Positions 18,822 through 29,000 are shown, numbered from the stretch's first letter. The stretch: 64,000 bases of DNA from an archaeon (GCA_035528795.1 DATKXY010000177.1:2634-66633); one strand, 5' to 3'. Notes: generated by a model not told the origin, from the sequence alone. Translations and numbers: made by a program.

Positions 18822-19091
18822 CTAGTGGATATAGTTCGGAATGTTGTTCATCAATTCCGTCGTAAAATCAAGGAGTGTATTCATCATCCAGGGCAGGAAA
18901 AGGATCAGGGAAACTACCACGGCCACTATTTTCGGGATAAAGGTCAGGGTCTGCTCCTGGATCGAGGTTGCAGTCTGAATGACACTTATCGTGACCCCGA
19001 CAATCAGTCCTGCTATGAGCATGGGAGCAGCGATTATGATCGAGGTAAAAAACACCTCCCTGCCGAGATGGATGACAAATTGCTGGCTCAA
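18822..19091 (-). CDS. fliQ: Flagellar export apparatus protein FliQ
   Basis: 89 aa with two TM helices. Conserved position between fliP and fliR. Confidence 0.85.
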   Translation of the reverse strand: MSQQFVIHLGREVFFTSIIIAAPMLIAGLIVGVTISVIQTATSIQEQTLTFIPKIVAVVVSLILFLPWMMNTLLDFTTELMNNIPNYIH

Positions 19092-19101
19092 GGAACGCCC
19101 C

Positions 19102-19917
19102 CTAATGAAATGTTTGCATTAAAGAACTTACCAGAAGGTACCAGCCGTCGACCATCACGAAAAGAAGCACCTTGAAAGGCAGGGAGATAATAATCGGCGG
19201 CAACATCAGCATACCCATCGAAAGCAGCACGCTGGAGACTATCATGTCGATCATGATAAACGGCAGGTAAATCAGGAATCCGATCTGGAATGCGATCCTC
19301 AGCTCGCTGATAATGAAAGCCGGAATGAGCACCAGGGTAGGAATGTCAGCGGGTGCGGCCGGTTTTTCCATTTTGGCCATGGTAATAAAGAGCCCGAGGT
19401 CCTTTTCCCTGACCTGGCTGAACATAAAGGTGCGGATCGGCTTGAGGCCATTGTCGAAAGCATCTGCCTGGGTGATTTCGTGCCTCAGGTAGGGCTGGAG
19501 CGCCTGGTCATTGATCTCTTTCCAGACCGGGGTCATAATGTAGAAGGTCAGAAAAAGCGCCAGCCCGATCAAGAGCTGGTTCGCTGGCATGCCCTGTGTT
19601 CCCAGGGCCTGGCGCAGGAAATGGAAAACCACCACGATTCTGGTAAAACAGGTCATCATAATCAGGATCGAGGGCGCCAGGGCCAGCAGGGTCATCAGAA
19701 AAAGGAGCTGCAAGGTGATAACCAGGTCCTCGGGCTTCTCGGCGGTTCCCACCCCGATAGACACGCTGGGGAAAATTGTGCCGCCCGGACCAGCCGGCGC
19801 AGGTGCCTGGGCCTGGGCGGTCGCCTGGCAGGAAAGTATAAGCAGAAGAAAAAGCAGCACCAGTCCCAGACTTGCCGTGATGCCCCTTTTCTTCAGCGGT
19901 CTTTTCATCAAAGTCAA
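19102..19917 (-). CDS. fliP: Flagellar export apparatus protein FliP
   Basis: Signal peptide plus FliP-type TM core (LALFLTFYIMTPV...IPAFIISELRIAFQIGFLIYLPFIMIDMIVSSVLLSMGM). Confidence 0.9.
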   Translation of the reverse strand: MTLMKRPLKKRGITASLGLVLLFLLLILSCQATAQAQAPAPAGPGGTIFPSVSIGVGTAEKPEDLVITLQLLFLMTLLALAPSILIMMTCFTRIVVVFHFLRQALGTQGMPANQLLIGLALFLTFYIMTPVWKEINDQALQPYLRHEITQADAFDNGLKPIRTFMFSQVREKDLGLFITMAKMEKPAAPADIPTLVLIPAFIISELRIAFQIGFLIYLPFIMIDMIVSSVLLSMGMLMLPPIIISLPFKVLLFVMVDGWYLLVSSLMQTFH

Positions 19918-20329
19918 TCTCCCCCCGGTTCAAGGTTATTTTCCCTTTTAATTTAGCAAATTCCGTACCGCAAACTTACAGCCAGGTTCCCAATCAGAAA
20001 AACACCCATAAATTTCAGGGCATCCCTGCATGTCTTTCATGATCGGTGCCTGAGCCTCCACTGTGTCAAAAAAAAAACGAACCGGGCAAAAACGGGGTGA
20101 TTCCCTACTCTTTTGCGTTTTCTTCAAATTTCAATTATATTGACAAACCAAAGCCTTAATGTATTGATACAAATTCCGGACTGACTCCGAGGATAAATAC
20201 TGGCAAAAGATATATTCCAAAATGGACAATGCAGCAAACCAGCCCTGGTAAGCGAATCATTCGGGGCGGCTTGAAATCGATTTCTTTTCCAATAGTTGTA
20301 TTCAATGAAACTCAAGGAGGAGAGATAGA

Positions 20330-22258
20330 ATGGGTATGAATGTAGCGCAAAAGATACTCTCCGCACATCTGGTCAAGGGAAAGCTCGCTCCGGGCACAGA
20401 GATCGCCCTGCGTGTAGACCAGACCCTGACCCAGGACGCTACAGGCACCATGGCCTATCTTCAGTTCGAGGCCATGGACATTCCACGGGTCAAAACCAGA
20501 CTGTCAGTAAGCTACGTGGATCACAACATGCTCCAGACCGGCTTCGAAAACGCCGATGACCACCGGTATCTTCAGAGCGTGGCCCGGAAGGTTGGAGCCT
20601 ATTTCAGCCGGCCGGGCAATGGGATCTGCCACCAGGTGCATCTCGAGCGGTTCAGCGTGCCGGGACAGGTGCTTCTTGGCTCGGACAGCCATACCCCCAC
20701 CTGCGGGGGCGCCGGGATGATCGCAATCGGCGCGGGAGGCCTCGATATCGCCGTGGCCATGGCCGGAGGCCCATTCCATCTCACCTGCCCCAAAATTGTC
20801 GGGGTGCGCCTCGAAGGCCAGCTCAGCGGCTGGGCCACGGCCAAAGACATCATTCTGGAAGTGCTGCGCCGGCTTACAGTGAAAGGGGGCGTAGGCAAAA
20901 TCATGGCTTACCATGGACCAGGGGTAAAAAGCCTCGATGTGACCCAGCGCGCAACTGTCACCAACATGGGAGCCGAGCTCGGCGCCACCACGAGCATTTT
21001 TCCGAGCGATGTCCGAACCAGTGAATTTCTGGAAGCCCAGGGCCGCGGGGAGAGCTACAGGGAAATCCTGCCGGATGCTGACGCAACTTACGATGAAGAA
21101 GTCCTGATCAACCTCTCAGAGCTCCATCCCCTGGTTGCCATGCCTCACTCCCCTGATGCGGTAGCGCCGCTCGAGGAATTAAAATGCACTCCTGTCCAGC
21201 AGGTCTGCGTGGGAAGCTGCACGAACAGCTCCTACCATGATCTGATGGCTGTGGCGGCCATCCTCAAGGGCAAAAAGGTGCATCCCTCGGTGAGCCTGGC
21301 TGTCACTCCCGGAAGCCGCCAGGTTTTCGAGATGATTGCCGAGAGCGGGGGACTGAGAGACCTGATTTCCAGTGGAGCACGGATTATCGAGTCCGCCTGC
21401 GGTCCCTGTATCGGCATGGGACAGGTGCCGGCTACCGGGACCCTTTCAGTACGCTCTTTCAACCGTAATTTCAAGGGCCGTTGCGGGAGCAAGGAGGCAG
21501 GGGTAATCCTCGCCAGCCCCGAGGTCTGCGCTCTGGCAGCGCTCGAGGGCGCCCTGCCAGATGTCTCTGCGTACGGCGACCCGCCGGAAGTCCCACTGCC
21601 CGGGCGGTTTATTATCGATGACTGGATGATTATCCCCCCGGCACCGGAAGGCGAACAAGTGGAAGTGCTGCGAGGCCCCAATATCAAGCCCTGCCCGGTG
21701 AACCAGCCCCTTGAAGACCGAATCCAGGGCCGGGTGCTCCTGGTCACAGGGGACAATATCACCACTGATGACATCATGCCAGCCGGGCCCAAGGTTCTTC
21801 CCCTGCGCTCCAATATCCCTAAAATCAGCGAATTCGTTTTCGCAGGCCTCGATCCGGATTTCAGCCGCAGGGCAAAGGAAACCGGCCGGGGAATCATTGT
21901 GGGCGGCAACAACTACGGACAGGGATCATCGCGCGAGCATGCGGCCATTGCGCCCATGTTTCTGGGGCTCAAAGCAGTGATCGTGAAAAGCTTTGCCCGT
22001 ATCCACCGCAGCAACCTGATCAATTTCGGGATCCTGCCGGTGGTGTTCGAGCAGGAGGCAGATTACGATTCAATAGAACAGGGAGACGAGCTCCTGATCG
22101 AGGGAGTGCACTCAGGCCTGGCCACTGAGGATGGGCTCCTTACAGTAACCAACCGCGCCAAAGGCAAAAGCTTCAAAGGAATCGCCAGGCTGACCGGGTA
22201 CGAGCGTGAAGTGCTCCTGGCCGGAGGCCTTCTGCCCTACACCAGACAGCAGGCCTGA
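20330..22258 (+). CDS. Aconitase-family hydratase with fused large (LeuC-like) and swivel (LeuD-like) domains. Putative aconitate hydratase.
   Basis: AGGAGG Shine-Dalgarno. Fe-S ligand motifs GSDSHT, GSCTNSS, CGPCIG. C-terminal swivel domain GDNITTDDIMPAG...GGNNYGQGSSREHAA. Confidence 0.8.
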   Translation: MGMNVAQKILSAHLVKGKLAPGTEIALRVDQTLTQDATGTMAYLQFEAMDIPRVKTRLSVSYVDHNMLQTGFENADDHRYLQSVARKVGAYFSRPGNGICHQVHLERFSVPGQVLLGSDSHTPTCGGAGMIAIGAGGLDIAVAMAGGPFHLTCPKIVGVRLEGQLSGWATAKDIILEVLRRLTVKGGVGKIMAYHGPGVKSLDVTQRATVTNMGAELGATTSIFPSDVRTSEFLEAQGRGESYREILPDADATYDEEVLINLSELHPLVAMPHSPDAVAPLEELKCTPVQQVCVGSCTNSSYHDLMAVAAILKGKKVHPSVSLAVTPGSRQVFEMIAESGGLRDLISSGARIIESACGPCIGMGQVPATGTLSVRSFNRNFKGRCGSKEAGVILASPEVCALAALEGALPDVSAYGDPPEVPLPGRFIIDDWMIIPPAPEGEQVEVLRGPNIKPCPVNQPLEDRIQGRVLLVTGDNITTDDIMPAGPKVLPLRSNIPKISEFVFAGLDPDFSRRAKETGRGIIVGGNNYGQGSSREHAAIAPMFLGLKAVIVKSFARIHRSNLINFGILPVVFEQEADYDSIEQGDELLIEGVHSGLATEDGLLTVTNRAKGKSFKGIARLTGYEREVLLAGGLLPYTRQQA

Positions 22259-22331
22259 GCCTTTTTCCTGCGATTAGAGTGTGCGGCGCGCGATATTTTT
22301 TGCGCTCATGCGACCGCTGGGGTAGAAAAGA

Positions 22332-22352
22332 TCCGTAGGGGCGGTTCGCGAT
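22332..22352. repeat. CCCCTAC-family palindromic hairpin (taggggcggttcgcg)
   Basis: Same core as the family A repeats. Confidence 0.5.
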
Positions 22353-22480
22353 ATTTGTAAAGACACATGGGTGACACTAGTTCGGACACATAGGTAGCGC
22401 TTTCATGCTATGTTATCTCCGCAAAGCGGACATGATGGTCTATGAATAATACGTGTTAAAAAAATGTCACCTGGAAGGGA

Positions 22481-23890
22481 TTGAAAGTGGATTACCGCAC
22501 AGAAAAGGACTCTCTGGGCGAGGTAAAAGTGCCGTCAAGCGCTTACTGGGGCGCTCAGACCCAGCGCGCAGTGGAAAACTTCCCGGTCTCTGGAAGGACC
22601 CTGCCGCCGGAGATGGTCTGGGCGGCTGCCTATATCAAGAAAGCGGCTGCCATGGTGCATTCCGAACTGGGACTTCTCAAGAAAAAAGTGGCCCGGGCAA
22701 TTTCAGAGGCAGCGGATAGGGTTATTGCAGGGGAGCTTGCCGACAACTTTGTGGTTGACATCTACCAGGCCGGAGCTGGAACCAGCTTCAACATGAATGT
22801 GAATGAGGTGCTTGCCAACCTGGCGATCGAATCCCTGGGCGGAGAGCGCGGTGACTATAAGCTGGTCAGCCCGAACGACCATGTTAACATGGCCCAGTCG
22901 ACCAATGATGTCGTGCCTGGCGCTATCCGCCTGGCCTGTCTGAAAGTTTCGGGCAGCCTGATCGAGGCGATAACAGACCTTGCAGGCGCTTTCTCGGAGC
23001 GGGCGAAAGCGTTCGAGGATCTAGTCACCACCGGCCGGACCCACCTTCAGGATGCAGTTCCGATAACCCTGGGCCAGGAATTCGGAGGCTACGCGCATAC
23101 TCTGAAAAAGTGCGCCCGGCGCCTGCGCACTGCTTTCAACCGGGCCGGAGTTCTGGGTCTTGGCGGCTCTGCCGCAGGCACCGGACTGAACACGCACCCT
23201 GAATACGTGAGCCGTATCGTGGGAACCCTGCGCCAGCTCACCGGATTCGATCTTTCGGCAGATACCAACCTGTTCTCCGCCATGGCCAGCATGGATGTCT
23301 TTGTGGACATTTCATCCAGGATGAAAGCCACGGCTATCGAGCTTTTGAGGATCACCAATGATCTGCGCCTGCTATCGAGCGGGCCCACAAGCGGCCTAGC
23401 CGAGGTCCGCCTGCCCGCGCTCCAGCCGGGAAGCTCGATCATGCCGGGCAAGGTGAACCCGGTGATCCCGGAGATGACCGCCATGGTGGCTTTCCAGGTG
23501 ATCGGCAACGACACCTGTATCACACTGGCGGCCCAGGCAGGCCAGCTCCAGCTAAATGTAATGCTGCCGGTTATCGCTTATAACCTCCTGGAATCGGCTA
23601 AAATATTGACTGCGGCAAGCAGCCTTCTGGACACCAAATGCGTCTCCGGCATCGAGGCCAATCCCGAGCGCTGCCGGGAATATTTCGAAAAAAGCCTGGG
23701 CACTGCCACTGTGTTGAACCCGTTAATCGGGTATCTCAACACTGCTGAGGTGGTGAAAGAATCCATGGCTACCGGCAAATCACTCAGGGAGATTATCCTT
23801 GAGCGTAAAATCCTGACTGCCGGGGAACTCGAGAAGGCGCTTGATCCCAAGGTAATCACCAGGCCGGGTATTTTGAGACGCTCAAAGTAA
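22481..23890 (+). CDS. Class II fumarate hydratase / aspartate ammonia-lyase family enzyme
   Basis: Signature GSSIMPGKVNP. N-terminal KDSLGEVKVPSSAYWGAQTQRAVENF. Sits next to the aconitase. I cannot decide between fumarase and aspartase. Confidence 0.8.
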   Translation: MKVDYRTEKDSLGEVKVPSSAYWGAQTQRAVENFPVSGRTLPPEMVWAAAYIKKAAAMVHSELGLLKKKVARAISEAADRVIAGELADNFVVDIYQAGAGTSFNMNVNEVLANLAIESLGGERGDYKLVSPNDHVNMAQSTNDVVPGAIRLACLKVSGSLIEAITDLAGAFSERAKAFEDLVTTGRTHLQDAVPITLGQEFGGYAHTLKKCARRLRTAFNRAGVLGLGGSAAGTGLNTHPEYVSRIVGTLRQLTGFDLSADTNLFSAMASMDVFVDISSRMKATAIELLRITNDLRLLSSGPTSGLAEVRLPALQPGSSIMPGKVNPVIPEMTAMVAFQVIGNDTCITLAAQAGQLQLNVMLPVIAYNLLESAKILTAASSLLDTKCVSGIEANPERCREYFEKSLGTATVLNPLIGYLNTAEVVKESMATGKSLREIILERKILTAGELEKALDPKVITRPGILRRSK

Positions 23891-23949
23891 GCAGCGGCGG
23901 GTTCCAAGCCTGTCAAACTTTCACCCGGATCTAGAAAGAAGTCGGACGA

Positions 23950-24939
23950 ATGCTGATCGTGATGGACAAAGCGGCTTCCGGAGAGCAGATCGACGCTGTG
24001 GCTGAACTTATCCGTTCCCTGGGCCTGAAAGCACAGGTACTGCCGGGCTCGATCCGCACAGCTATCGGGGTGATGGGCAACACCGGCTATGTGGATGCAG
24101 ACCGGGTGATGCTCATGCCGGGAGTGATCGAGATTATCCATGTCTCCAAGCCTTACAAGCTGGTGAGCCGGGAGTGGAAGCCCGAGGACACGGTTGTCCG
24201 GGTTGGAAAAGTGGCTGTCGGCGGAACCAACCCCTTTGTGCTGATTGCCGGACCCTGCAGTATCGAAAGCCCGGAGCAGGCGGTTGCCTGCGCCCGGGAG
24301 GTGAAAAAATATAAGGGGACGATATTTCGCGGGGGGATTTTTAAACCCCGGACTGCACCTTACGATTTCCAGGGCCTGGGAGCCGAAGGCGTAGATATTC
24401 TTAACGGGATAAGAAAAACTCTGGGCCTTCCGGTGGTGACTGAGGTGCTCCACGTGAAAAATCTGGAGCTTGTCGCCTCCTGTGCTGACATGCTCCAGAT
24501 CGGCACCCGCAACATGCAGAATTTCGACCTGTTGGTCGAGGCAGCCGGGTGCGGCATGCCGATTCTCCTTAAGCGCGGGATGAGCGCGCGCCTGGAGGAA
24601 TTCCTGCTCGCCGCTGAATATATCCTGAATGCCGGAAACAACCAGGTAGTCCTCTGCGAGCGGGGTATCAGGACTTTCGAGACTGCCACGCGCAATACGC
24701 TCGATCTGAACTCTGTGGCCCTGGCCCGTGAGCTCAGCCACTTGCCGATCATAGTCGATCCGAGCCACGGCACAGGACGGGCGTCCCTGGTCCAGCCGAT
24801 GAGCCTGGCCGCCAAAGCAGTGGGCGCGCATGGAGTAATGGTGGAAATTCATCCTGAACCCACAAAGGCCCTCTCGGATGGCCAGCAGTCCCTGGACTTC
24901 GAGCGCTTCAGGAAACTCGTCTCTGCACTGGGAATATAA
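23950..24939 (+). CDS. 3-deoxy-7-phosphoheptulonate (DAHP) synthase, class I-beta type with N-terminal regulatory domain
   Basis: 329 aa. N-terminal ferredoxin-like domain. Catalytic core FVLIAGPCSIES...KYKGTIFRGG..KPRT..DPSHG. Confidence 0.75.
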   Translation: MLIVMDKAASGEQIDAVAELIRSLGLKAQVLPGSIRTAIGVMGNTGYVDADRVMLMPGVIEIIHVSKPYKLVSREWKPEDTVVRVGKVAVGGTNPFVLIAGPCSIESPEQAVACAREVKKYKGTIFRGGIFKPRTAPYDFQGLGAEGVDILNGIRKTLGLPVVTEVLHVKNLELVASCADMLQIGTRNMQNFDLLVEAAGCGMPILLKRGMSARLEEFLLAAEYILNAGNNQVVLCERGIRTFETATRNTLDLNSVALARELSHLPIIVDPSHGTGRASLVQPMSLAAKAVGAHGVMVEIHPEPTKALSDGQQSLDFERFRKLVSALGI

Positions 24940-25176
24940 CAATTCCTCGCGCCGGGTCAGTGTTGAATATGTCTGAATTCAGCGGCGGAAACAGCGGACA
25001 AAAACAGACTTTAATGATCGCCAAAAATTTTATGGATTTTTTAGACAGGTTATATTATCTATTCAAAATATTCTACCTCAAATAGTAAAAACGGTTATAT
25101 TTCCGGCCGGTATTCTCCTGGAACTGTTTTCAAATTTATTCTAAAAGCTTGAAGCCCTATTGTCCGGAGGTAATTC

Positions 25177-25818
25177 ATGTCTTTGCTTGATGAAATCCGT
25201 GAATCTCTTGTGGTTGGAAATGCTCCGAAAGTTGGTGATCTTACCCAGAAAGCCTTGCAAGAGGGAGTTACGGCCCTTGAAATTCTCAATGAAGGTCTTG
25301 TCAAGGGCATGGATCTGGTTTCCGACAAATGGAAATGCGGAGAGTATTATATTCCCAATGTGCTGATCGCTGCCCGGGCGATGAAACAGGGCATGGCGGT
25401 TATCAAACCCAAGCTCGTAGAGGGAGACTATAAGGCCAAAGCTGTAGCTGTAGCCGGTACGGTGAAAGGCGACTTGCACGATATCGGGAAAAACCTGGTT
25501 GTGATGATGATGGAGGGCGCAGGCTTTGAGGTGATCGACCTGGGAACCGATGTGTCGCCGGAGAAATTTATCGAAACGGCTAAGAAGAACAACGCTGATA
25601 TCATCCTCATGTCCGCTCTTTTGACCACTACCATGATGTCTATGAAAGATGTAATCTATGCGCTGAAAAAATCCGAGCTCACCGGCAAAGTCAAAACCAT
25701 GGTCGGCGGTGCGCCGATCACCCAGAAATTCGCCGATGAAATCGGAGCGGATGGTTACGCTCCCGATGGCAGCAGCGCTGTGGAGCGCGCAAAATCCCTT
25801 TTAGGCATCGCAGCCTGA
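25177..25818 (+). CDS. Cobalamin-binding corrinoid protein of a methyltransferase system (B12-binding cap + Rossmann domain)
   Basis: DxHxxG motif DLHDIGKN. B12-binding_2-like helical cap. 213 aa. Confidence 0.8.
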   Translation: MSLLDEIRESLVVGNAPKVGDLTQKALQEGVTALEILNEGLVKGMDLVSDKWKCGEYYIPNVLIAARAMKQGMAVIKPKLVEGDYKAKAVAVAGTVKGDLHDIGKNLVVMMMEGAGFEVIDLGTDVSPEKFIETAKKNNADIILMSALLTTTMMSMKDVIYALKKSELTGKVKTMVGGAPITQKFADEIGADGYAPDGSSAVERAKSLLGIAA

Positions 25819-26078
25819 GAATTACGCACGGTGTTATGATCCACAGGGCGAGGTGTGCCTGACCCTGAAAATATACTCTTCGTGCCCAGTGTTGGTCCGC
25901 TGGATGCCTGTTTCCGGTATTCTCCAGCCGCCAGGCGCTGTAAACCGGTCGAAATAAGCCTTTTGCAACTCGTGCAACAATGCTATCCCCCGGGTTTCCC
26001 CTTTTACTCCCCAGCCCGGGATTTTTTTTGAAGCCATACAGAGAAAGTTTTCTGCGCCAGACTTAAGGAAAAACCGGC

Positions 26079-27944
26079 ATGCAAACTTTTTCAGTGACAT
26101 TCCTCCCGGGTGACCATAAAGCGCGTGTCACCGCCGGAAAAACCCTCCTTGAGGCGGCCAGGGAAAACAACATCCCTGTAAATGCGCCCTGCGGCGGCAA
26201 GGGGCTCTGCGGCGGCTGCGCTGTCCAGATTATCGAGCCTCAAGACCTGCCCCTGGGCGATGAGGATTGCCGCCGCCTCACTAGCTATCAGCTCCAGCAA
26301 GGCTTCCGCCTGGCCTGCTGTCTCCGGGTGAACCGCTCCTTGAAAGTGCGCCTCCCCCAGCCAGAGGAAATACCCCGGGCCAAACTCGAGCTGCTCGAAC
26401 TTGAAAGCGCTGAAATCAAGCCTCAAGGCCCTGTTCTGCGTAAAGTGCTTTTCACTCCGGGCCAGGCCTCGCTGGAAAACCTCAATATCCCGCTCAAACA
26501 CGCCTTGCTCGATGCCTTGCCGCCCGGCAGCTCACCCGCGCTCCCGCTCGATGTTGCGGCAAAATTCGCCGAGCTCATGCAAACAGGCCATGACCGGTTG
26601 ACCCTCCTTGTTGAAGGCGATACGCTTGTCGGGGCCGAGCCAGGCGATTCGAGAGGCAAAATTTTCGGAGCCGCGGTTGATATCGGCACCACTACCATAG
26701 CCCTTTACCTGTGCGATCTCGCAAACGGAAGGATCCTGGCCTCAGACGCTGCAACCAACAGCCAGACCGCTTACGGCGCGGATGTGATGAGCAGGATCGG
26801 CTATACTCTGGAGGAGCGTGAAGGCAGAGAAAACTTGACCCGCATTGTGCGCGGGGATATCGGCAAACTCGCCTATCAGGCCTGCCGCAGGGCCGGGACA
26901 GCACTCGAGCATATCTATCGCTGGACTCTGGTAGGCAATACCACCATGCAGCACCTGTTTTTAGGGCTCGACCCGTCACCACTGGGCCGCTCTCCTTTCC
27001 TGCCTCTGGTAAACGGCGCGGTCCGGTTCGACCCCGGAGAGCTGGGACTTCCAGGCGCCCGTTTTTCCGAGGGTCTCTTTCTGCCTACAGTCGCCGGGCA
27101 TGTGGGAGCAGACACTGTGGCCGTGGCTTTAGCAGCCCATCTGGACCGGTGCGAAAAACTCACCCTGGCCATTGATCTCGGCACAAATGGAGAAATCGTG
27201 CTTGCCGAGCAGGGCCGCATGCTCTGCTGCTCGACAGCCGCCGGGCCAGCTTTCGAGGGCGCCAAAATACAACACGGCATGCGGGCCGAGACAGGGGCCA
27301 TAGACAGGTTCTGGATCGATGAAAAGGGGCTGGTCAATTATCATGTGATCGGCGATAAATCTCTCCCGCAAGGGATCTGCGGCTCCGGGCTGGTGGAGAT
27401 TGTCTCGGAACTCCTGCGCCTTGGAATTATAGACAAAAGCGGAAGAATCCTCCCGCCTGAGGAGCTCTCCGGCAGCGCGGCGCGGAAACTCGGGGAGCGG
27501 CTCGCTCCGGAAAAAAACGGGCAGTGGTCTATCATAATCAGCGAAAGCAAAGAAGATGCCGGGAGTTCCGGCATTATGCTCACCCAGCGTGATGTGCGCG
27601 AGCTGCAGCTTGCCGTGGGGGCGATCTCATCCGGTATTCAGGTGCTGTTGAGCCTGGCCGGCCGGACCCCGGATGACATAGAAGCAGTGCTCCTGACCGG
27701 GGCGTTCGGCCATTACATCCAGCCTGCAAGCGCCATAGGTGTCGGATTGATCCGCGGCGTGGCGCTCGAGCGGATCCGGTCGATAGGGAACGCTGCCGGT
27801 CTCGGCGCCCGTCTGGCGCTCGTCTCTGCGGAGGAACGCAAGAGGGCCATTCAGATTGCCGGGCGCATGGAGTTTGTGGAGCTTGCCACCCGGCCGGACT
27901 GGCAGGATAAATTTACAGAGGCGATGTTTTTTCCCGGGCAGTAG
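26079..27944 (+). CDS. RACo-like reductive activator of corrinoid proteins (2Fe-2S ferredoxin domain + ASKHA ATPase)
   Basis: N-terminal CGGKGLCGGCAV ferredoxin. ASKHA phosphate motifs DIGTTTIALYLCD and DLGTNGEIVL. Confidence 0.75.
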   Translation: MQTFSVTFLPGDHKARVTAGKTLLEAARENNIPVNAPCGGKGLCGGCAVQIIEPQDLPLGDEDCRRLTSYQLQQGFRLACCLRVNRSLKVRLPQPEEIPRAKLELLELESAEIKPQGPVLRKVLFTPGQASLENLNIPLKHALLDALPPGSSPALPLDVAAKFAELMQTGHDRLTLLVEGDTLVGAEPGDSRGKIFGAAVDIGTTTIALYLCDLANGRILASDAATNSQTAYGADVMSRIGYTLEEREGRENLTRIVRGDIGKLAYQACRRAGTALEHIYRWTLVGNTTMQHLFLGLDPSPLGRSPFLPLVNGAVRFDPGELGLPGARFSEGLFLPTVAGHVGADTVAVALAAHLDRCEKLTLAIDLGTNGEIVLAEQGRMLCCSTAAGPAFEGAKIQHGMRAETGAIDRFWIDEKGLVNYHVIGDKSLPQGICGSGLVEIVSELLRLGIIDKSGRILPPEELSGSAARKLGERLAPEKNGQWSIIISESKEDAGSSGIMLTQRDVRELQLAVGAISSGIQVLLSLAGRTPDDIEAVLLTGAFGHYIQPASAIGVGLIRGVALERIRSIGNAAGLGARLALVSAEERKRAIQIAGRMEFVELATRPDWQDKFTEAMFFPGQ

Positions 27945-27954
27945 GAGCCTGAGG

Positions 27955-28070
27955 GATGGCTCGCGAACCGCCCCTGCAATAACCTTTTGATTTTCATAGC
28001 ATTACAAAAGCAGAAAATGCTTTCTTGCTGAATCGATAACATTTTTCAAAGGTTTCAAAGTTTGATTAAA
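27955..28070. repeat. Intergenic repeat family A, partial copy (half hairpin + AT-rich tail)
   Basis: cgcgaaccgcccctgcaataacc...catttttcaaaggtttca, shared with 16594..16752 and 55531..55700. Confidence 0.6.
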
Positions 28071-28136
28071 TTTACCGCAATCGATAAAAAATCTTAACTG
28101 TAAACAGACAAAATTTACAATTATGGAGAACTACCC

Positions 28137-28937
28137 ATGCTGATAATCGGCGAAAGGATCAACTCGAGCCGCAAGAGGATCGCCCCGGCAGTGGAATCGA
28201 AAGACACTGATTTTATTCTCGATGAAGCGGGCCGCCAGCTCGAGGCCGGCGCTGACTATGTCGATGTGAACGCGGGCACTTTCGGGCCGGAGCGCGAACC
28301 GGACTTTCTCTGCTGGCTGGTCAAGACAATCCAGGGCAAATACGGCTGCTGTCTGAGCCTGGACAGCCCCAACCCTGCGGCAATCGAGCCGGCCCTGAAA
28401 CTGCACCAGGGTAAAGCCCTGATCAATTCGATCTCCCTGGAAACCAGGCGCTATGACTCTCTGATGCCCCTGGTGCGTGATTACAAAACGGATGTGATCT
28501 CCCTCTGCGCGGATGACGATGGCATGCCCACAGCGCTCGATAAAAAACTGGCTATTGCGGGCAAGCTGGTGGCAAAGCTCACCGGTGACGGGGTCCCCCT
28601 GGAGAATATCTATCTCGATCCGCTGGTTTACCCAATTTCCACGGACCACACCTACGGCACAGTGGTCCTTGAGGCTATCGAGCGCATTATGAAAGATTTT
28701 CCGGGAGTGCACACGGTGATCGGCCTGAGCAATGTATCCTACGGGCTGCCTTTCCGGTTCCAGATAAACCAGATGTTCATGGTCCTGGCCATGGGGCGCG
28801 GCCTGGACGCCGCGATTATCGACCCCACTGACAAGCGGATGATGGCCAACATTATCACCACCCAGGCCCTGCTGGGCCAGGATGAATTCTGCATGAGCTA
28901 CATCCAGGCGCACCAGAGCGGCAAGCTGGAGCTCTAG
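28137..28937 (+). CDS. Methyltetrahydrofolate:corrinoid methyltransferase (pterin-binding, MtrH/AcsE-like)
   Basis: Motifs IGERINSS, DVNAG, LSNVSYGLP. Confidence 0.8.
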   Translation: MLIIGERINSSRKRIAPAVESKDTDFILDEAGRQLEAGADYVDVNAGTFGPEREPDFLCWLVKTIQGKYGCCLSLDSPNPAAIEPALKLHQGKALINSISLETRRYDSLMPLVRDYKTDVISLCADDDGMPTALDKKLAIAGKLVAKLTGDGVPLENIYLDPLVYPISTDHTYGTVVLEAIERIMKDFPGVHTVIGLSNVSYGLPFRFQINQMFMVLAMGRGLDAAIIDPTDKRMMANIITTQALLGQDEFCMSYIQAHQSGKLEL

Positions 28938-29000
28938 CATTTTTTCCACTTGGAGCTACCGCAGCTTAAAACGTAATTCCACTTGTAAAAATACAAAATT

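Noticed and set aside
20124-20366. Minus-strand 80-aa ORF in the aconitase promoter region
   Set aside because: It sits in an AT-rich intergenic region directly upstream of a strongly supported plus-strand gene and overlaps its start. There are no supporting features.
24940-25176. Cobalamin riboswitch upstream of the corrinoid-protein gene
   Set aside because: No B12-box (GCCACTG-like) or conserved cobalamin-aptamer stems could be seen in the 237-nt leader. It is AT-rich with only a GGAGG SD.
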